Source: the human T2T-CHM13v2.0 reference genome, Homo sapiens. From it: a stretch of 64,000 nt of DNA. Below are positions 57,076 to 64,000 of the stretch, one piece after another (position 1 is the stretch's first letter; the number at the start of each line of letters is the position of its first letter). The stretch is taken from NCBI RefSeq assembly GCF_009914755.1, contig NC_060925.1. One strand, 5' to 3'. Position numbers and translations under genes: made by a program. The notes beneath the pieces were generated by a model. The model was given only the letters and a program-made list of their open reading frames with translations, made no database searches and was not told the DNA's origin.

Positions 57076-57106
57076 TTATGCACTACAGCAATACCCTGAC
57101 AGGGGA
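57076..57106 (-). other. Candidate 31-nt exon of a minus-strand host transcript (probably 5'UTR/non-coding)
   Basis: Minus strand ggttttctgatttgttttttcag|TCCCCTGTCAGGGTATTGCTGTAGTGCATAA|gtgagtaa: branch-like CTGAT, pyrimidine tract, CAG, GTGAGT donor; unique flanks with retained CpGs. Confidence 0.55.
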
Positions 57107-57874
57107 CTGAAAAAACAAATCAGAAAACCAGCATCCCATTTTAGCTGGTTGGATATAATCCAAATAAATTCACTATCCAGTAGAATCAATCAGTAGAAAA
57201 AAGTCATTATAAAAGTATGTCCCACTTGCTTGTTTTCTCTTCCGGACAGGCTAAATATTTAATAGGAATCTAGGTGTTATTTATTCATTTCTATTAGGTC
57301 CTTCTGACACCCAATCCTACATTGTGATGGGCAATTAAGGTAAATATACGCTTAAGGGAGAAAACTTTGCTTCTGGGAAACTGTTTTCGCACCAATCCCA
57401 GTCTAATTGAGTTATGGCTTAAACATCTCTTGCATAAAATCTTTATTTATAGGTATTAGATCTACTTTAAACTATTTGTATTCTCTCATTCATGAGAAAA
57501 TCAGAGCTTCTGGTTTGTAGGGAATCTTTTTTCCCTGCCAATATGCAATTAATATTGTTATCGATTTTGTTATCTACTGTGGTGTTGTTGCTTATTAAAG
57601 TTTCTTAGTAGTTCCGTGATTGCTTGCCTGTAAATAAATCACAACTACACAATTGTTTAGCATGCTTTAAGTACTTGCACTTCTTTTATGTGATTCATAT
57701 AAATTTTACTTGGTTATGAAATTTTCATGGGAGGGCTCACTTGTAAATATTTTAAGGCTTTTGAAGCAGTGGAAATTGGATAATTAGTATAGCCTGAAAA
57801 CAATGAAGTTGATAAATTACATTTCAACCAACCCATGTAATTACAGTGGCCATATTTCTCTAACTCCTGATAAC

Positions 57875-58075
57875 AATAGTAATAATAATAGCCAATATCT
57901 ACTGAATGTTTACTATGTGCCAGACATTGTTGTATGTTCTTTACTTGGAGAAATTCATTAAAGCCTCAAAACAATCCTGTGAATCTGGCAATATTATTTT
58001 CCCAATTTTGGAGACAAAGAAACTAAGGCCATGGACGTTAAGGAGCTTGCTTAAGGTTTTAGGGTAATAAGTAAC
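57875..58075 (-). mobile_element. MIR
   Basis: aataataatagccaatatctactgaatgtttactatgtgccagac...gagacaaagaaactaaggc. Confidence 0.85.
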
Positions 58076-58164
58076 TAATAAGGAAAATTGCAAGTCCCAA
58101 CCCTCTTACTTTGTTCTGTCCACTACCCTTCCTCCTTTCCTCTTTCTCCTTTTCTCTATCTCTC

Positions 58165-58346
58165 TTCCTTAGATAGCATTTATAATCTTCCAAGATTCTC
58201 TATGATTTGTTTATTAATTGTGTTTATTGTTTGTCCCCTTCTGCTAGAAAGGGAGCTCCATGAGGGCATGGATCTTTGTACTCCAAATTTGGAACAGTGA
58301 TGGCATACAGTAGATAAGCAATTCATATTTACTGAGTTAATGAATG
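58165..58346 (+). mobile_element. L2 3' end
   Basis: gtttattgtttgtcccc...gagctccatgagggcatgga...tggcatacagtagata...taatgaatgaa. Confidence 0.8.
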
Positions 58347-58489
58347 AAGTTGTAGTATTAATATTAAAACACATGATGTCTGTTGTCAGAGACCTTACTT
58401 CTATCTATACCACTATGCTGACTCAGAATCCACTGACAGAAAAGTGGAATTGTGCCCTTTGAGAAACAAGAGATATTTACAATAATAAC

Positions 58490-58910
58490 TTATTTTACAA
58501 ATCTTGGCCACACTAAGAATTATGCTTAATACCTTACATACCTAATCTTTAATTCTGTCAAAGAACCCTGAAAAATAGGAATACTTATTCCTAGTATATA
58601 ATTAATAAAACAGGGGCTCAGAGAGGTGAAATAACTCACCTAAAAATTATATAACTAGTAAAGATTGGGTACTGAGTCTGATCTGCACTTTTCACATCCA
58701 AATTGTAGTCTGATTCTATTAAATGTTAGTTCCTTTATTTTATATAATAGCTAATGCTTATTAAAAGATAAGCATTTTTATAAATGTTTTGCATGCTTAT
58801 TTCATATAATGATTTCATTTCATAACTCCATTATTAAGCCTTTACCAGGCAAGGAAATGGATGTATCTCTTGCTTGAGGTCACATAGCTGGTCAGTGGGA
58901 AAAGCATTTT
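58490..58910 (-). mobile_element. Two MIR fragments
   Basis: aaacaggggctcagagaggtgaaataactcacc and cttgcttgaggtcacatagctggtcagtgg. Confidence 0.65.
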
Positions 58911-60529
58911 GGAAAGCTTAGGCCCAGGCCTTTCCATGCTATCTTTTCCTGCCTTCCTCCAGAAGCTCCCCACAACTTGGCATAGTGGGTGCTCAATTGG
59001 TGCTCACCTATTTGAAGGAACTGAAAAAAAAAACTGATAGGTTTAGCTTCTATAGACAAACACTTTTAAAAACTGTGATCTTTTCTCTCTACCATAACCA
59101 TTCTCTTTACACAATGATTTTTCAAGACCTAAATTGTTTAGAGTACTGCCACCCTTCTGTTGGCTTTGTCCACATATATTGAGTATATATACGTGTGAAT
59201 CTCTTTGCTTCCTCATATTTTCCCCTTTAAAACGGCAACAATGGTAACACTGAACCATACCTATTGAATATTAAAATAAAACAAAATTCTTGAGCCAATT
59301 GGTGTTCTTTGGAGCATGATTTTTATACGAATAGTCTAGATTTTTCCACCAATTAAGATTTTAGTAAGTATTGCATATTCATTGTATGTTCTTTCAAAAC
59401 ACAACCACTTTGTAAATATTTTTGTTAACAGATGATATAGAATCTTTGGCACTGATTTTCTTAGTCTTTCATTTTATTTAAGCATTTTTTGAGGTGCTAT
59501 TTTTAAAATATGAACTTTTAGTTTAGTTATTTACTTCCTTTATTTCTATTGTTTGCCTGGTGCAGAAATGCTTTTTAGTCACTTTTTAGGCTAAAGTTAC
59601 ATTCATGCCTTTGGTTTAAAATGTATTAATTTTCCTTTGTTTCTCCCTTTTTTATTCTCTGAGCTTTATTTTTCTCACTTTCTCTGTACTTTAGTTTTTG
59701 GAAACTAGCCTAATTCTAAAGACCAGGAGCCCAATTTCTACAGCAAATCACAAACCACTGAGCTTTGGGAGTAATGTACCATCTCATTACCAGCACTAGG
59801 TCTTTTGATATTGATGAAACACTGAAACAAGAGCAATGAAGATTAAACCCCTGCTTATTTTTTAAAGCACTGTTAACTCCTCATACTGATACCTCTCTAC
59901 ACTAAATAGTCAAAGACAGAAACAAAACCCACACCACCAATAGCTATTCATCTTTGTTGTTGCCAAAGCAGAACTATATTAATATTAAAGAACTAGCTTT
60001 GGAAATAGTGACAAAAAGGTATTTTGGGCTGAGTTGATGAGAAACATCTAGCATGTATAGAATTTTTTTTAACATAGCAGGCAAAAAAAGCACCTGCCAC
60101 AGATAATCTTTCTAAACAAAGTAGAACAAACTGTTAGGTGGTGGAAAATAGTGAAGAAATATGTTTACCCGGCTCACAAAATCTTTTTTGATTAAAAAAT
60201 ATACATACACTTGTCAAGAAAGCAATCACCATTTTAAACAAACCCCAGCATCAAATGATATGACTAAGATAATTTTTATGCTCTTTTCCATTTTTAATTC
60301 TCATTTATTTAATCTTCCATAAGAATTCATGTCATTAGAGGATTTTGACATTGTTTATTATGGAATAACAATGTTTTGATATTTATTACTTTTAAAAGCC
60401 GCAAAATAGCAAGTCTTCAAACCGCGTAAGGCAAATAGAAGTTATTTTTATTAGGTTTATCTCAATGCCTGAGTCACATATGTACTTCCCTTAGTTCCTG
60501 TGGGCCTAAGTGTTATTAATTCATTAGCA

Positions 60530-61200
60530 TCAAATGTGCATTAATTCAGCAAATAATTGACAGCTAACTATATACTGCCTGTATTAGGTGCTGGGGACAA
60601 AGTCATGGATGAAGCACTAACGATGAAATTTACATTTTAGTTGAGGAGGGCAAAGACAATTAAAATACAATAATTATTCTATATAAGTGAGATAAAGAAA
60701 TGAATTAATCATTAATCAGGGATGGGAAATTAAGAGTGGTAGGTGGGATGCAGCTGGAAAGCGGATAGTCAGGATAGGGCACACCCATTGGGGACATCTT
60801 TGCAAAGACTTGGAGAAGTCAGTGAGAGGCCATGTGGATATTTGGGGGAAGTTATGTTGCAGACAGGGAAACAGCCAGTATATTTAAGGCAACAAGACAG
60901 AGTCCACCAGGCATTGCATTTTCTAGGAATAGCACAAAGCCCAGTTTGATTGAAGAAGAGTGGCAAACAGAAAAAAAAAATAGAAAATGAAGGCAGAAAT
61001 ATGACGGTATGAGACCATGTAGGGTTTTGTAGACTGTTTTACTCTAAGTGAAAGGGGGAACATCTGGAGAGCTCTGAGGAAAGGAATGACATAATATAAG
61101 TTATATTTTAAAAGTTAGGAATAGAGTGTATGAGGGCAAGCACAGTAACATGGGGCCCATTTAGGAAATAATGGAATAATTCATAATAGAGATGATGGTG
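60530..61200 (-). mobile_element. L2 3' region
   Basis: ttcagcaaataattgac...ttaggtgctgggga...tttactctaagtgaaaggggg...gagatgatggtg. Confidence 0.8.
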
Positions 61201-62474
61201 TGAGTATTACAGGTTAAGCTACAATGACTGAACTGCACTCCAATGAGGCATTTGTGTGTGTATGTACATGTGCATGTATGTGTATGTAGATCTATCCATA
61301 CAAAGGTATCAAACTTTTAAGTCATATGTGGCTCATAGGTTTTATCTTCAATGCCAACTCTTATCCACTGGTAGTGGCTGCCAGGTGTGCCCTAATGAGA
61401 GTCTAATGTCATGTTCAGGCTCAGAGAGAAAGAAAGAGCCCCATAATTATGAAAGGCAGCATTGCAGCAGTGATGTCAGGTGTGTTCCATCTCTGTTAAA
61501 AGGCAACTGTCAGTAGTTGATTTTAAGTAGCTAAGACTTTCTGGCTTTTGGCTTCAAAACACATAAAATAAATGAAAATGCCTAGCATTTAACAGTAATT
61601 TCTATAATAGCAGTATCTAAAAAGGTTTTTAAAATGTCATTTTCACTGAGGATTTTTTTTCACCTAGATTCCTATTCCTTAGAAGCAAAGAGTGAAAAAT
61701 GTATAGATTATTTTCTGTATTCTCTGGAAAATAACTGGTATGCCCTTGAGGAGTATAAATTTGAAAACCATATGGGTTTTCTAGGTAAACTCATCAATAT
61801 TACCATATTCTACTTATTTTACTTAATCTACTATGGATTTTAGGCCTTGATTGAAAACTAGTTTGCAAATATCAGCTTTTCATTCTATTACAGCTTTTCA
61901 AATAGGCTTTCTCTACACCAATTTTCATGGTGATTTCGAACACTCTAAAAGTGACTACATTCAGGCACATGAATAAAATACCAGCTGGATGTTAACCTCT
62001 GGTATGATTGGAATATTATTCACCTTCATGCAAGACTTTTTTTTTTCATCTCCAGGGTCAACTAATTTTATTTATTGTTATTGCCTGTAACCCTTAAATA
62101 TATAAGAATCTCCATATGCATCTATATAAAACAAAGCCTTGAAAGTGTTCCTTCAAAATAGTGATCATTTGCATTTAGTTGGCAGTACAAATTTATCTTT
62201 CTGTATAATGCTTCTACATCTTTAAAAAGCCAATATCATAAATGAGATTATCCCCTTAGAAAACAATCTCAGACTAGAATAAATCAAGATATGGGAAACT
62301 TACAAATAGCCTTTAATTTAACGAATATTACCAGAAAGTGTGTGCAACTGAAAAGTTCTAAGACAATAATTTATTGCTGAATTCGCAATGTAGGTTTTCC
62401 TTTTAAAAATGTATTATCAGCCTCTATCCAATAGTATTAATAATCTTCCATGCTTTTGTGGCTGAGCAAATGCA

Positions 62475-62610
62475 TATAAGATCATATAAATCTAAGTGTT
62501 CCAGTCTAACTCCTTCTTTGCAGGGATGAAGAAACTGAGGCCCACAGAAGGTGGGTGATACCTGCAAAATCACAGTGAGTAAAATGCAAATACAAGAAAG
62601 TACTTCCAAC
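62475..62610 (-). mobile_element. MIR
   Basis: gatgaagaaactgaggcccacagaaggtgggtgatacctgc. Confidence 0.7.
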
Positions 62611-62962
62611 TCACTAAGAGCTCTTTGTGATACTACACTGATTTGGTTCAAATTTTTCCTTATACAAAACTCTGTCTACAACTTCCATGAGAAACTGAAT
62701 AGAATATAATAAACCTCTAATATTTGAAGATGATAATTTGAGGTTTTTTTGGCTAATAAAAACATCTACAGAGTGTTTTCTAACAGCAGACACAAAAGTT
62801 ACTAAATAAATAATTGTCCCCAAGCTTGAGGGTATTCCCATGAGATGATTGACCTTCATAATTTTAGTCTTTGTTTAGTTTAGATAATTGTGTGTGTGAG
62901 GAGGTAAAGAAAGGAGGAAAGGCAAATTCACCCTATTTCTTATGCTCCTCTCCTTTGGCCTT

Positions 62963-64000
62963 ATTTTTTTTTTATCATAAAACTTTATTGGATTGTTTTA
63001 ACTTTTCAAAAATAGACTTTACTTTTTAGAAAAGCTTTAGATTTGCAACAAAAATTGAATGAAAGACATAGAACTTCCCATATACCCCCTTATCCCCTAT
63101 GCATAGAATCCCCGATTATCAACATCCCCACCAGAGTGGTACATTTGTTACAATTGATGAATCTGCACTGACACATTATTATCTCCCAGAGTCTCCAGTT
63201 TATATTAGGGTTCGCTCTTGGTATTGCACACTATCTGGGTTTGGACAAGTGCTTAATGATAAGTTTCTAGCATTATAGTCTCATCCACAGTATTTTCATT
63301 GTCCCCAAATTCTCTGTGCTCTGCCTATTCATCTCTCCCTTTCCCCAACCCTTGGCAAACACTGACCTTTTTACTGTCTCCATAGTTTTGCCTTTTCTAG
63401 AATGACATATAGTAGGAATTACATAGTAGGTAGCCTTTTCAGACTGTCTTCTTTCACTTAATAATGTGCAATTAACCATCCTGTATGTCTTTCCATGGCT
63501 TTATAGCATATTTCTTTTTAGTGCTGAATAATATTCCACCGTCTTTATATGCCTTAGTTTATTTATTCATTCACCTACTGAAAGACATCTTGGTTGCTTC
63601 CAAGTTTTTGCAATTATGAATAAAGCTACTATAAACATATGTGTGAAGAATTTTGTGCAGACATAATTTTTCAACTCCTTAAGGTAAATACCAAGGAGTG
63701 CAAATTTCTGGATCATATGTTTAGTTTTACAAGAAATTGCCAAACTGTCTTCCAAAGTGGCTGTACAATTTTGCATGTCTACCAGGAATGAATAAGAGTT
63801 CCAGGAATGATTAAGAGTTCCTGTTGCTTCACATTCTCTTCAGCATTTGGTGTTGTCAGTGTTCTAGATTTCGGCCATTCTAGTAAGTGTGTAGTGGTAT
63901 CTCACTGTTGCTTTAAGTTGAATTTCCCTGATGCCATATGATGTGGAACATCTTTTCACATGATTATTTGACATGGTATATTTTTTCTGGTGAGATGTTT
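62963..64000 (-). mobile_element. L1MC1-like 3' end with ORF2 C-terminal relic; runs off the window
   Basis: ccccaccagagtggtacatttgttacaattgatgaa 3'UTR motif; ORF 63567-63776 MFIVALFIIAKTWKQPRC matches the L1 ORF2 C-terminus. Confidence 0.9.

Overview
AT-rich, CpG-depleted primate (human/great-ape-like) genomic DNA with no CpG island and no recognisable protein-coding gene. It reads as the interior of a very large intron or a gene-poor interval. Much of the window is decayed transposons: 13 Alu/FLAM copies (J, S and Y ages), a near-full-length dead Tigger2, THE1C/MST/MLT1/MER21-group and ERV1-type solo LTRs, old L1M fragments, many L2/MIR pieces and small hAT fossils (MER5, MER20, MER58, MER1B, MER81, MER91). 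The only ORFs I can assign to a protein family are transposon relics (pogo CENP-B-type HTH, L1 ORF2 C-terminus); the rest look like Alu-derived or chance ORFs. The most biologically suggestive non-repeat signal is a set of short minus-strand segments (31, 37, 65 and 41 nt) bounded by consensus splice sites, as expected for 5'UTR/lncRNA micro-exons of a large minus-strand gene; ZBTB20 is an unverified guess from memory. Other oddities are an AluY with an internal 53-bp duplication next to a templated-insertion palindrome, a three-layer nested TE, a probable Deu-SINE (AmnSINE-like) relic and a possible very old LINE relic. I did not find a convincing new biological system. Family names are by-eye matches to remembered consensus sequences, and boundaries of old repeats are approximate.
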